NCBI GenBank assembly: GCA_004297215.1
Contig: SCUM01000001.1
Coordinates: 289,181-353,180, forward strand
Length of the DNA stretch: 64,000 nt
Direction of reading: 5' to 3'
DNA from: Patescibacteria group bacterium
GTDB lineage: Bacteria > Patescibacteriota > Patescibacteriia > UBA9934 > GWF2-40-263
Positions 55,049 through 63,422 of this stretch are shown here, in pieces (the first letter of the stretch is position 1; every line of letters begins with the position of its first letter). A model generated the notes under the pieces. It was given only the letters and a program-made list of their open reading frames with translations. It was not told the DNA's origin and did no database searches. A program made the position numbers and the translations under genes.

Positions 55049-55603
55049 TCACACCGTCATGATTTCCTCTTCCTTCTTCGCGCCGATCGCATCGGCCTCG
55101 GCCACGAAATCCTTGGTGGCCTTGTCGAGCTCGTCGAGGATCTTGAACTTCTCGTCTTCCGACACGCTCTCCTCCTTGCTGCTCTTCATCACCTCCTCGC
55201 GCGCGGCCTCGCGCACCTGGCGCAGCGACACGCGGGCGTTCTCGAGGCGCTCCTTCATGTTCTTCACGAGGCTCCGGCGGTTTTCCTCGGTCATGGGCGG
55301 AAGGTTCAGTCGCACGCGCTGCCCGTCCACGGCCGGATTGACCCCGATGTCGGCGTCACGGACCCCCTTCTCGATCGCCATGAGCAATGACTTGTCCCAC
55401 GGCTCGATGAGGAGCGTCTTGGCGTCGGACACGGTGATGGAGGCGACGCTCTTCAAATCCATCGCGCTGTCGTACGCCATCACCACCACGTTCTCCACCA
55501 TGGCCGGGTTGGCCCGTCCGGTGCGAAGCGAAGACAGCTCCTTTTGGAGGTGCTCGATGACCGCCCGGAAGGCGGCGTTCTTTTGGCCTACGAATGGATG
55601 CAT
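55049..55603 (-). CDS. frr: Ribosome recycling factor
   Basis: LRTGRANP, PWDKS, PPMTEENR and KKEEEIM. Confidence 0.96.
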   Translation of the reverse strand: MHPFVGQKNAAFRAVIEHLQKELSSLRTGRANPAMVENVVVMAYDSAMDLKSVASITVSDAKTLLIEPWDKSLLMAIEKGVRDADIGVNPAVDGQRVRLNLPPMTEENRRSLVKNMKERLENARVSLRQVREAAREEVMKSSKEESVSEDEKFKILDELDKATKDFVAEADAIGAKKEEEIMTV

Positions 55604-55655
55604 AGGGAACGAAAACTTGAAAACTTGAAATCTTGAAGGTCCAAGGGGGGTGTCC

Positions 55656-56738
55656 TTATTTTTTCACTTCGGCGGCGCCGGCGAGATAGAGGACCGAGGC
55701 GTTTTTCGGGTCGAGCGTGAGGAGCTGCGGGATGCGGGCGGTGGGAAGCGGGTCGGTGGCCCAGGTCACCCCGTCGTCGGTGCTCGCATAGAAGGTGCCG
55801 GCGGCCGCATACCAGAGGCGGGACGAGGCCGCGGGATCCATGGCAAGCGCCCTGATGCTCGTCTGGCCCGGAGAGGTGAGGAGCTTGATCCCCTCCCAGG
55901 TGGCGCCGAAATCGCGCGATCGGATGAGGCCGTAGCCCGTGGCGGCCACCACCGTGCCGGAATCCTTGTCCTGCACGAGAGCGGCAACCTTAGTCGCATT
56001 CCGGAAATCCTTCAACTCCTTGGTGACCTGGGTCCAGGCCTTGCCGGCGTCGAGCGTGCGGAAGAATCCGGCCCCGTCGGTCCCGATGAGCATCTGGCGG
56101 CTGTCGGCGCGGCTGAGCATGATCTGCGTGACGGCGGACTTCGTGGAAACCGACGTGCGCCAGCTCTTCCCCTTGTCCGTGCTCTGCAGCACGTCGCCGT
56201 TGCTCAGCCCGATCCACACCACGTTCGGGTTATACCAATCGACGACCAAGGCGGTCACCGACACCTTGGCGCGCGGTTCCACGTACGCCTGGTCATCTAC
56301 GCTCCGCAGGCAGTCCACGGACTTGAGCACGCGGTTCCCGCGCGCCACGTACACCGTGCACGCGTCCTTGGGATCCACGGCCACGTCCACGATCGCGCCG
56401 GCGCGCAGGCTTTCGGCATGCGCCTGGCGCCATGAAGCCGTGCCGTCCTCGCTCAAGAACAGCCCGTTCTCGCGGGTTCCCGCATACGCGACGGACGGGT
56501 CCTGCGGGTCGAAGGTGAGAACGGTGACGTTCGTGCCGGCCATGGTGCCGACCCCTTTGGGACCCGGGACGGCCACGGCCTGGGCCCAGGTCTTTCCCGT
56601 ATTCTCGGAACGCCACAGGCCGCCGTCCGGACCTTTGGCCGGGGTTTTGGGGCCGCCAAGGCCCGGGATGCTGCAGCCGGCGCCTATGAGCGCAAGGGAG
56701 ACGAGCGGGAGAAGCAGGCGCGTACGCATACTGGGCAT
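55656..56738 (-). CDS. BNR/Asp-box beta-propeller lipoprotein (YCF48-like)
   Basis: Lipobox IGAGC; repeated SxDxGxxW Asp boxes. Confidence 0.85.
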   Translation of the reverse strand: MPSMRTRLLLPLVSLALIGAGCSIPGLGGPKTPAKGPDGGLWRSENTGKTWAQAVAVPGPKGVGTMAGTNVTVLTFDPQDPSVAYAGTRENGLFLSEDGTASWRQAHAESLRAGAIVDVAVDPKDACTVYVARGNRVLKSVDCLRSVDDQAYVEPRAKVSVTALVVDWYNPNVVWIGLSNGDVLQSTDKGKSWRTSVSTKSAVTQIMLSRADSRQMLIGTDGAGFFRTLDAGKAWTQVTKELKDFRNATKVAALVQDKDSGTVVAATGYGLIRSRDFGATWEGIKLLTSPGQTSIRALAMDPAASSRLWYAAAGTFYASTDDGVTWATDPLPTARIPQLLTLDPKNASVLYLAGAAEVKK

Positions 56739-56805
56739 ATTCAGGTTTGTCAGGTTTTTTCAGGTTGGTCAGTTGGTGAGGATCTCCTTACCGACCTTAC
56801 AGACC

Positions 56806-57714
56806 TCACAGACTTATCAAGAGATGTTCGAGGGCGAGTTGGGGACTGGCGTTATGCAGGATCCCGCTGCGCGCCTCAGCGAGCCGCCGGAGGGAGCGCG
56901 TAAGGCGCAAGGCGGCGGGCGCGTCGCGCACGCTTCCGAGCATGCGCTCGCGCAACGCGCGTTCCCACGCGTCGAGCGTGCAGAGCGCGACGAGCGCCTT
57001 GTTGGCTTCGTCCTTTGGCATGAGCTCCGCGGCCGCTCGCAGGCGCCGGGCGATCGGAGCAGCCATGAGGTCGCGCACGGCGGCGCTCGCGACGTCTTCC
57101 TGCGCGCGATATTCGCCGTCGGTGAGCAGGCGGATCGCGACGCCCGGCGCGCCATGCGAACGGGCGGCGAGATGCGCCGCTTCCTCATGATCGAGCCCGC
57201 GACGGACGAGCGCCTCGGCGATCGCGGGTTCGGGGACGGCATGGAACCGGACGACCTGGCAACGCGACGCGATCGTCGCCGGCACGTCGTCCGCGCTCGG
57301 GGCGCGCAGCATGATGAGCGCGTTCCCTTTCGGTTCCTCAAGCGTCTTCAGGAGCGCGTTCGCGGCCGCGGCGTTCATCCGGTCGGCCTCCTCGATGAAC
57401 ATCGCCTTGCGCCCGGAAAGGCTCGTGAGGGAAAACCGCTCGCACGCTTCGCGCACCTGTTCCACGGAGATAGCCGATTTCTCCTTGCCCGTCTTCTCAT
57501 CCGTTTCCCGTCGGACGAAGACGGCGTCCGGATGCGTCTCCACGGATCCTTCGCCCATGACCGCATTCAGAAGGGTGAGCGCGACGGTCGTCTTCCCCAC
57601 GCGTGCCGGACCGACGAACAGGAAGGCGTGTGCCATCCGACCGCTGCCATGCATGCGGAAAAGCGCCTCACAGACGAGCGTATGGCCGATAATTCGGGAA
57701 AACGGCAAAGCCAT
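56806..57714 (-). CDS. holB: DNA polymerase III delta-prime subunit
   Basis: HAFLFVGP..GK, HPD, ISVEQVR, ANALLKTLEEP and TIASRC. Confidence 0.92.
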   Translation of the reverse strand: MALPFSRIIGHTLVCEALFRMHGSGRMAHAFLFVGPARVGKTTVALTLLNAVMGEGSVETHPDAVFVRRETDEKTGKEKSAISVEQVREACERFSLTSLSGRKAMFIEEADRMNAAAANALLKTLEEPKGNALIMLRAPSADDVPATIASRCQVVRFHAVPEPAIAEALVRRGLDHEEAAHLAARSHGAPGVAIRLLTDGEYRAQEDVASAAVRDLMAAPIARRLRAAAELMPKDEANKALVALCTLDAWERALRERMLGSVRDAPAALRLTRSLRRLAEARSGILHNASPQLALEHLLISL

Positions 57715-57800
57715 AATGGCGCAAGTATATCATAGGCAAGGTTCCTTGACTCGGTTTCTTTAAACGCAGCTTAGATTAGCCAATATTTTGACGTTTCCCC

Positions 57801-57830
57801 TTGACAAAACCCCTAAAATATGATATAAAT
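57801..57830 (+). promoter_or_regulatory. sigma70 promoter (copy 2 of a duplicated promoter)
   Basis: TTGACA-17-TATAAAT with extended TG; near-identical to 19977-20009. Confidence 0.8.
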
Positions 57831-57837
57831 CTTCTCG

Positions 57838-57991
57838 TACTCTGATCCTTGGATAACTGGCGGAAACGCCATTGGGGAGTTCGAAGGCCCTAAATATCCA
57901 TGAATTCAGAGGAGTGAGTATCTCAATGACAGGCGAACAGCCGGTTGTTGGCGTACTTCACGTACTCCCGCAACCGGTTGTTTGTTTTCTT
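57838..57991 (+). ncRNA. Putative structured leader / attenuator RNA (copy 2)
   Basis: Three-way junction (TGGATA/TATCCA; TGGCG-GAAA-CGCCA; TTGGGG-AGTTCGAAGG-CCCTAA), AGAGGAGTGAGT box, long hairpin with a U-rich tail. Confidence 0.5.
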
Positions 57992-58023
57992 GCCCACCGA
58001 AGCTCATCAGAGCGAAGGAGGGT
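57992..58023. repeat. CCGAAGC..GCGAAGG-type REP hairpin
   Basis: AGCTCATCAGAGCGA-N-GGAGGGT is 22/23 identical to 62611-62633; related copies at 37385, 49810 and 58054. Confidence 0.7.
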
Positions 58024-58205
58024 TGTACCCGGAAATCTGGAGGAGAGAGTCCCCCGCCGAAGCCCGCAAGGGCGACAGTGGGTCGGATGCCTAATGCCAT
58101 GACTCGGTCTTGTACTGACTCATGTCATACCCCTGGCATCCATGGGCCACACCAGTCGCAAGGCAGGTCACTGGCCCCCGACCCTCCAGATTCCCGGGTG
58201 CAACT
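58021..58205 (+). ncRNA. Putative ~185-nt rod-like structured RNA
   Basis: GGTTGTACCCGGAAATCTGGAGG pairs with CCTCCAGATTCCCGGGTGCAACT; inner GGATGCC/GGCATCC and ATGAC/GTCAT stems. Confidence 0.45.
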
Positions 58206-58230
58206 TCAACCAGCACCCGTAGGAGGCAGC

Positions 58231-58428
58231 ATGACGCGAATCAATTATGGAGACGACGACGTCCGGATCTTCGTCGACAGCGCGGAGGGCAACGCCGTCC
58301 TCATCGACCTGACCCCGCAGGAGAGGGAGGACGCGATCAGGTTCAACAACCTCCCGCCCGACCTCACCGACGTGGACCTGTCCGCGTTCGTGGACGAGCT
58401 GTTCGACGGCGTCGGCAGCACGAAGTAG
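58231..58428 (+). CDS. Small acidic hypothetical protein (65 aa)
   Basis: AGGAGG RBS; strong C/G third-position bias. Confidence 0.65.
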   Translation: MTRINYGDDDVRIFVDSAEGNAVLIDLTPQEREDAIRFNNLPPDLTDVDLSAFVDELFDGVGSTK

Positions 58429-58580
58429 GCAACGCCCTACAAACGCTCGCCTCTGTCGTGAGACAGGGGCCCAGCAAGGAACCGATGAGACGGATCTCGT
58501 CGTTTGCTTGGTGAATAAGCGACGGAAGTCGCTAAAAGCCATAGCGGGAATGAACCCCCGCACCCAACAACGAGAATCAC

Positions 58581-59039
58581 GTGAACGCACCTCTCCCGAA
58601 TCAGTCCCTCCACAACCTCGACGCCGCGATCGACGCCATCCCCGACACCGACAAGAAGGTGCGCCGCATCAACATCGACCAGCATGGCGTCCAACCGCTC
58701 GAGGTCGTCGCGCTGCTGAAGCGCCTCGTGGCGATCTCGGAGCACATGACGCCCGAGCACGACGCGGAGTTCCGCGCGCTCATGGCGCCGATGGTGATGG
58801 CGAAGTACGCGCGCTTCAACGAGGCGATCCGCGACATCGGCTACGTCGCCACGTGCACGCTCAAACAGCCGGCCATCGGCATCAACGAGGACTACAGCCT
58901 CGAGGACGGCCGGACCGTGGCGCTGCGCCTGCTCGTCGCGGCGCAGTCCAAGGGCGACGTGAAGATCCTCGACGAGGTCTTCAAGACCCTGCTGAAGCAC
59001 GACCTCGTCAGCGTGAGCGACCTCAAGAAGAAGCGCTAG
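58581..59039 (+). CDS. Hypothetical protein
   Basis: GTG start; very strong GC3 bias in this frame. Confidence 0.7.
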   Translation: MNAPLPNQSLHNLDAAIDAIPDTDKKVRRINIDQHGVQPLEVVALLKRLVAISEHMTPEHDAEFRALMAPMVMAKYARFNEAIRDIGYVATCTLKQPAIGINEDYSLEDGRTVALRLLVAAQSKGDVKILDEVFKTLLKHDLVSVSDLKKKR

Positions 59040-59226
59040 TCACGACGACACGGTGGGTCCCCCGCATGCATCCGATACGACATCGGAATCGCGTGCGGGG
59101 ACCCACGACAGAAACGAGATGATGACCCGGCCTTCGCCCGATGCTTCGGCGGACAGGCCCCCGGTTCGTCAGCTGGTTCCTGGAGGATCCCGAACCTTTC
59201 ATGCGGACCAGGACGCAGGAGAACAC

Positions 59227-60024
59227 ATGACGAACGTTGCCGTGCAGACCGTTTCCTCGAACTCCGTTTCGGCTCGGGCGAAGAGCTTGGCGCTGAAGGA
59301 GGTGTTCCGGTACGAGGGCCGCCTCAAGCGCGCCCGCAAGGTGAAGCCCGCCGTCATCGACCCCGTCGTGACGGCGGCCAAGGAGGAGGTGGAGCGGCTC
59401 GAAGAGGAGCTCCGTACCACCTCGAGCGCGGCGGCGTGCTACCAGGTCGAGCTCGAGCTCGACCGCGCCCGCCGGGCGCTGCACGTGGCGCACCTGCCGC
59501 CGCTGCCGCCCAAGCCGGTGAAGCGGCCCGTCGTCGCCCTGCCGGCCCCCAAGGCCGTCGAGACGCCGAAGCCGCCGGTGGTCGTCGTGCCCGAGCCCAA
59601 GCTCGAGCCGAAGCCGCCGGTGATCGACGCCACGGAGATCGAGCGGCGGGCCGAGCAGGCGGCGCAGAAGCCGGCGGAGGCCAAGCCGAAGCCCGAGCTC
59701 AAGCTCGTGCCCAGGCCGAAGACGGTCGAGCCGTCGATCCAGGAGATCGACGAGCAGATCGCCGCCATCGAGGCCCGCATGGCCGGTCCCAAGCCGACCG
59801 TCCACAAGCGCAGCCACGAGGGTCAGCGCCTGCGCGCGCAGCTCATCCAGCTGCGTCAGCAGAAGAAGGCCATGGCGCCAGCGCCGGCCAAGGTGCTGGG
59901 CACCATCAAGGTCGAGCCCCGCGGCCCGACCAAGCACAAGCCCATGGTCGCCACGAAGGCCGACAAGGTCATCGTGAACGACCCGCCGAAGAAGCAGAAG
60001 GGCGGCCGGCGCAACAACGCCTAG
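59227..60024 (+). CDS. Pro/Lys-rich hypothetical protein with short coiled coils
   Basis: AGGAG RBS; strong codon bias. Confidence 0.65.
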   Translation: MTNVAVQTVSSNSVSARAKSLALKEVFRYEGRLKRARKVKPAVIDPVVTAAKEEVERLEEELRTTSSAAACYQVELELDRARRALHVAHLPPLPPKPVKRPVVALPAPKAVETPKPPVVVVPEPKLEPKPPVIDATEIERRAEQAAQKPAEAKPKPELKLVPRPKTVEPSIQEIDEQIAAIEARMAGPKPTVHKRSHEGQRLRAQLIQLRQQKKAMAPAPAKVLGTIKVEPRGPTKHKPMVATKADKVIVNDPPKKQKGGRRNNA

Positions 60025-60184
60025 CCGCCAAAGACACGCATCGTGGCCCCTGCACCCTTCCGACGCCTGTCGGATCGGTGCGGGGCCACGAAAGAAAACT
60101 CCGCCATTCATCCTTGCCTTGGTACGCGCCTTCTGGCACGGACTAAGGTGAGGACGACGGGCGGAGTTTTCGTTTGTCCGACCG

Positions 60185-60213
60185 TTGACAGACGGCGGAT
60201 TTTTTGATACGCT
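60185..60213 (+). promoter_or_regulatory. sigma70 promoter
   Basis: TTGACA-17-TACGCT with extended TG. Confidence 0.65.
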
Positions 60214-60249
60214 CGGCACCACTCTTTCACAACTGAAACGAGGAGAAAG

Positions 60250-61980
60250 ATGAGCAAAAGCATCCTGTTCCTATTCGCGTTCCTGACACTCACCGGCTGC
60301 GACGGAAGGACGGTGGTCGAGAATACTCAGAAGGTCCGCGAGTGCTACTGCGGCGAGAACGAGATCGTGTGCGACGTCGACCCATGTGACCGAGAGATCG
60401 TCGAGGTCATCCGCACCGCCTGCCTTGATGGCAGCGTCGTCGACGACCCGCGCGATTGTCCTGCGGCCGGTGAAGGCGAAGGAGAGGGAGAAGGCGACAC
60501 TGGACTTTTCGTCACGCTCTCAAGTTCGACGCCCGCAAGTCAGACGGTCCCGCCCGGCGCCGCCTCGGTGGAGTTCATCAAGGTGCGGCTCGCGGAAACG
60601 GATGCGCTGCTCCCCATCAACGATCTCACCTTCCGCGTCGGCGGCGTGGGTGCCGTCTCCAATATCGATTCGGCCACCTTGTACTTGGCAGATTCCTTCG
60701 ATGATCCGGTTATCGACTTGCGCGTCTCCGATCCGCAGCCGATCGATCCGGTGACGCGCGAGGTGTCGTTTCGAGGAGGTTTCGGTCTCGATCCCGGCGA
60801 GACACGGACGTATGCCGTGCGCTTGGATATCGCCGCCGCCGTGAACAGCGGAGACACGGCGCGACTTGAGCTGGTGTCCATCGCATCCGACGGCCAGGAC
60901 GTGTTTGGCGCGTTCCCGATCAGCGGGAACGCGATGACATTCACGGACCATCCGGTCGGGACGGTCCGGTTCGGACGATTCCCGTCCTTCAGCCCGGTCG
61001 TGGGCGAAACGGACGCCGTCGTGGCGCAATTCACCATCCAGGCCATGTCGGAGGGCGCGAACTTGAAAGCGCTGACGCTCAACTGGCCACAAGCGCTCGA
61101 CAACGGTAACAGTTCGATTTGGAACGATGACGTGAGATTGGGTGATTGCTTCGCCTTCTCCAGGTCGCTGGTCTTTTGCGACCTGGATGACCAGCTCCAC
61201 CTCGATCAGGATGAGATGCGGAGCTTCCAGCTCCGAACCGATCTGTTCGTCGAGGCCGGAGAGGTGATGCAGGTTGCCGTCGAAGACCCGACGGACGTGT
61301 TCGCCTTCGGAGACGAATTCGGCTTCCAGATGGCCGTGGACATCTCGGGATACGACGACGCGGATTCGGCGTGCACGGGACCGGGCCGAGACTGTTCCTA
61401 TTCGGTCGTGAGTCCCGGATGCGCATTCCAAGTCCATGACGAGGGAGGGACGTTGTTCCAGACGCAGGCCCTGCCCTCCTTCTTTCCGACCTCCGGCGGC
61501 GAGGCGACCCGTGAGGTCGTCCCTGGACCGAACTCCGCGCTGACGTTTGAGGCATTTGCCCAGAACGCGTGCGATGGAAACGTGACCCTGTTCTGGATCA
61601 GCGATTTCTCCATCCGGGCTACGGATGAGGACGGAACCGGCTGGGTGGAGGATCTGCACGATAACGCGCCTGACATGATCCGGCTCGTAAACCTGACAAC
61701 CGGCACGCAGACGCCAGGCACCACAGTGACATTCGGCCCGACGGTACATCAAGGAACGACGACGCAGTTCGGCTTCGGCTTCGAGTTCGATCCGGCGGAG
61801 TTCATCGAGAGCGGTGTGTTCTATGCGTATGAGCTCATCGTCGACACGACGGGAGCCTCGGTTGGTTCCAACGACAGCATTGAGGTGTCGACCATGTTCC
61901 TGGCGTATTGGAGCGACGGCAACGTGTCGCTTATGACCTCGAACCTTGGGCCGCAAATCGGGACCGTCCTGATTCACTGA
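60250..61980 (+). CDS. Cys-rich lipoprotein with GE linker, paralog C
   Basis: AGGAG RBS, lipobox LTGC followed by DGR, Cys-rich segment, GEGEGEGEG, several beta-rich domains. Confidence 0.8.
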   Translation: MSKSILFLFAFLTLTGCDGRTVVENTQKVRECYCGENEIVCDVDPCDREIVEVIRTACLDGSVVDDPRDCPAAGEGEGEGEGDTGLFVTLSSSTPASQTVPPGAASVEFIKVRLAETDALLPINDLTFRVGGVGAVSNIDSATLYLADSFDDPVIDLRVSDPQPIDPVTREVSFRGGFGLDPGETRTYAVRLDIAAAVNSGDTARLELVSIASDGQDVFGAFPISGNAMTFTDHPVGTVRFGRFPSFSPVVGETDAVVAQFTIQAMSEGANLKALTLNWPQALDNGNSSIWNDDVRLGDCFAFSRSLVFCDLDDQLHLDQDEMRSFQLRTDLFVEAGEVMQVAVEDPTDVFAFGDEFGFQMAVDISGYDDADSACTGPGRDCSYSVVSPGCAFQVHDEGGTLFQTQALPSFFPTSGGEATREVVPGPNSALTFEAFAQNACDGNVTLFWISDFSIRATDEDGTGWVEDLHDNAPDMIRLVNLTTGTQTPGTTVTFGPTVHQGTTTQFGFGFEFDPAEFIESGVFYAYELIVDTTGASVGSNDSIEVSTMFLAYWSDGNVSLMTSNLGPQIGTVLIH

Positions 61981-62008
61981 ACGGACCTCCGCGGCAAAAG
62001 ACGCACCT

Positions 62009-62036
62009 AGCCCTGCGGAAACGTGGGGCTTTTTCT
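62009..62036 (+). terminator. Intrinsic terminator
   Basis: AGCCCTGCG-GAAA-CGTGGGGCT followed by a T run. Confidence 0.7.
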
Positions 62037-62046
62037 ATTCCAAATT

Positions 62047-62226
62047 TCAAAAGGCCCAGGCAGCGATGCCATGGGCCCTTTCTTCATCAGGCTACAGCCT
62101 GATGGACTCTCTCCTCTTCCTCCAAACCCGCCATTGCCCTTCGAGAGCGCCGGTGGGTCTTTTTACTCTCTCCCCTTCGTTTCGGGGATATGCCCCTAAC
62201 GGTTCCCTGGAGTTCCAGAGGAACCC
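62047..62226 (-). ncRNA. Putative stand-alone small RNA (~180 nt, five hairpins)
   Basis: Own promoter, hairpins separated by purine-rich linkers with GGAGAGAGT x2, terminal hairpin plus TTTT, no credible ORF. Confidence 0.55.
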
Positions 62227-62229
62227 AGA

Positions 62230-62359
62230 AGGCTATCCCTTTCTCCCAAATCTGTCAATCCCTCCATCCCCTTCGGCCCCTTCTCCCCCTTAAATCCCTT
62301 ATAACCCTTCCGTTTCCCTGTCATTCCCCCTTGACACCCCTTAGGAAACCTGATAGCTT
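62230..62359. promoter_or_regulatory. Back-to-back divergent sigma70 promoters
   Basis: Minus strand TTGACA(62258-62253)-17-TAGCCT; plus strand TTGACA(62331)-17-TAGCTT with extended TG; pyrimidine-rich CCCTT repeats between them. Confidence 0.65.
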
Positions 62360-62431
62360 GGTCGGTCGTCGAAGCAGGCGTGCAGGCGACCGCCAACCTG
62401 TCGAAAGATGGCGTCTACGCAGGACAAAAAG

Positions 62432-62560
62432 ATGGATCGAGTCAAATCGCAACGGGCGCAAAGCGCGCACAGGCCTGTCCCGTACCCACGGGAACCCCCA
62501 TTGCCGACGGGCCGCAGGTGCCCCACGCCCATCTCCTGTCCGGGAGAAGGCGGCTGCTGA
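62432..62560 (+). CDS. Possible 42-aa small ORF (or non-coding transcript)
   Basis: AGGA 7 nt before ATG; MDRVKSQRAQSAHRPVPYPREPPLPTGRRCPTPISCPGEGGC; lies between a promoter and a terminator. Confidence 0.3.
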   Translation: MDRVKSQRAQSAHRPVPYPREPPLPTGRRCPTPISCPGEGGC

Positions 62561-62601
62561 AGACTCCGTTCATCGACGACGACTGCGACGACGCACGACA
62601 C

Positions 62602-62640
62602 GCCCTCCACAGCTCATCAGAGCGACGGAGGGTCTTTTAT
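62602..62640 (+). terminator. REP-derived hairpin acting as terminator
   Basis: GCCCTCC..GCTC-ATCA-GAGC..GGAGGGT followed by CTTTTAT. Confidence 0.6.
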
Positions 62641-63414
62641 TTACACCTTCAGGACGGGGTATTCCGATGCCCCGGCCCAGGCCAGGTCGAACATGATGCG
62701 GATGGCGTCGGCGATCTCCTTGCTCACGATGACGATGGAAAGCGGCGCGGACTTGAAATTCACCAGGAACACGTGGCTGCCGCGTACGGTGATCTCGGCG
62801 TGAAGCGGGAATTTCTCCGGCGGGAGGTAGCGCACTTCCCCGTTCTTCACGCGCGGCAGGCGTTCCGCCGCGCCGGGAGACGTCACCAGCAGGGCGCGAT
62901 GGAACGCTCCCTGGGCCTCCACTTCCGCGACATGTTCCGGTCGCGTCTTCATGATCGTCGGGTTGGCTTCCACGTCGTCGAGCGGGACGATCTGCACGTA
63001 CTCGCCCTTGAGCGACAGGAACACCTCGCGCATGGTCGCCTTCCCTTCCACTCCTTCGAGATAGCGGATCTGCGGCTTGGCCCCCTCCACGTTGAACAGG
63101 CCGAGCAGCGTAGGCAGCACCTTCTCGAACTCGAGCTCCTTCTCCTCGATCTCCCGGCGCTCCATGCGCAGGATGCTGCGCAGGCGATCCGGCGATTCGG
63201 GGACGAAAAAGCGCTTCTTGCCGCGCACGAAGGTGCTCATGAGGCCTCGCCCCGCGAGCGATTCGATCATCACGTACGTGGTGGCGCGGTTCACCTTGGA
63301 CTTGTGCGCGATGTCCTGCACCGGCGCGGGCCCGAGCTCGAGGGACGCGGCATAGACCGCGGCCTCCTTCTCCGACAGGCCAAGGTGCATCAGTTCGCGG
63401 AGGACTTCGTCCAT
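62641..63414 (-). CDS. TrmB-family transcriptional regulator
   Basis: LGLSEKEAAVY..LELG..IA..KVNRATTY..L..GL; KPQIRYLEG.EG. Confidence 0.88.
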   Translation of the reverse strand: MDEVLRELMHLGLSEKEAAVYAASLELGPAPVQDIAHKSKVNRATTYVMIESLAGRGLMSTFVRGKKRFFVPESPDRLRSILRMERREIEEKELEFEKVLPTLLGLFNVEGAKPQIRYLEGVEGKATMREVFLSLKGEYVQIVPLDDVEANPTIMKTRPEHVAEVEAQGAFHRALLVTSPGAAERLPRVKNGEVRYLPPEKFPLHAEITVRGSHVFLVNFKSAPLSIVIVSKEIADAIRIMFDLAWAGASEYPVLKV

Positions 63415-63422
63415 ATGTCAGA

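Noticed and set aside
58001-58012. Hammerhead ribozyme core (CTGATGA on the minus strand; also at 62611 and about 62084)
   Set aside because: No stem II followed directly by GAAA and no stem I/III pairing; the sequence lies inside simple hairpins
57905-58180. Tandem glycine riboswitch (GGAGNGA...CRCCGAAG occurs twice)
   Set aside because: The required CUYUCAGG segment is missing, the second unit has no P2, and the CCGAAG parts are explained by the REP-like hairpin
62390-62512. c-di-GMP-I riboswitch (GAAA hairpin, GGGCGCAAAGC)
   Set aside because: The elements are not in the right spacing and the P3 stem and tetraloop receptor cannot be formed
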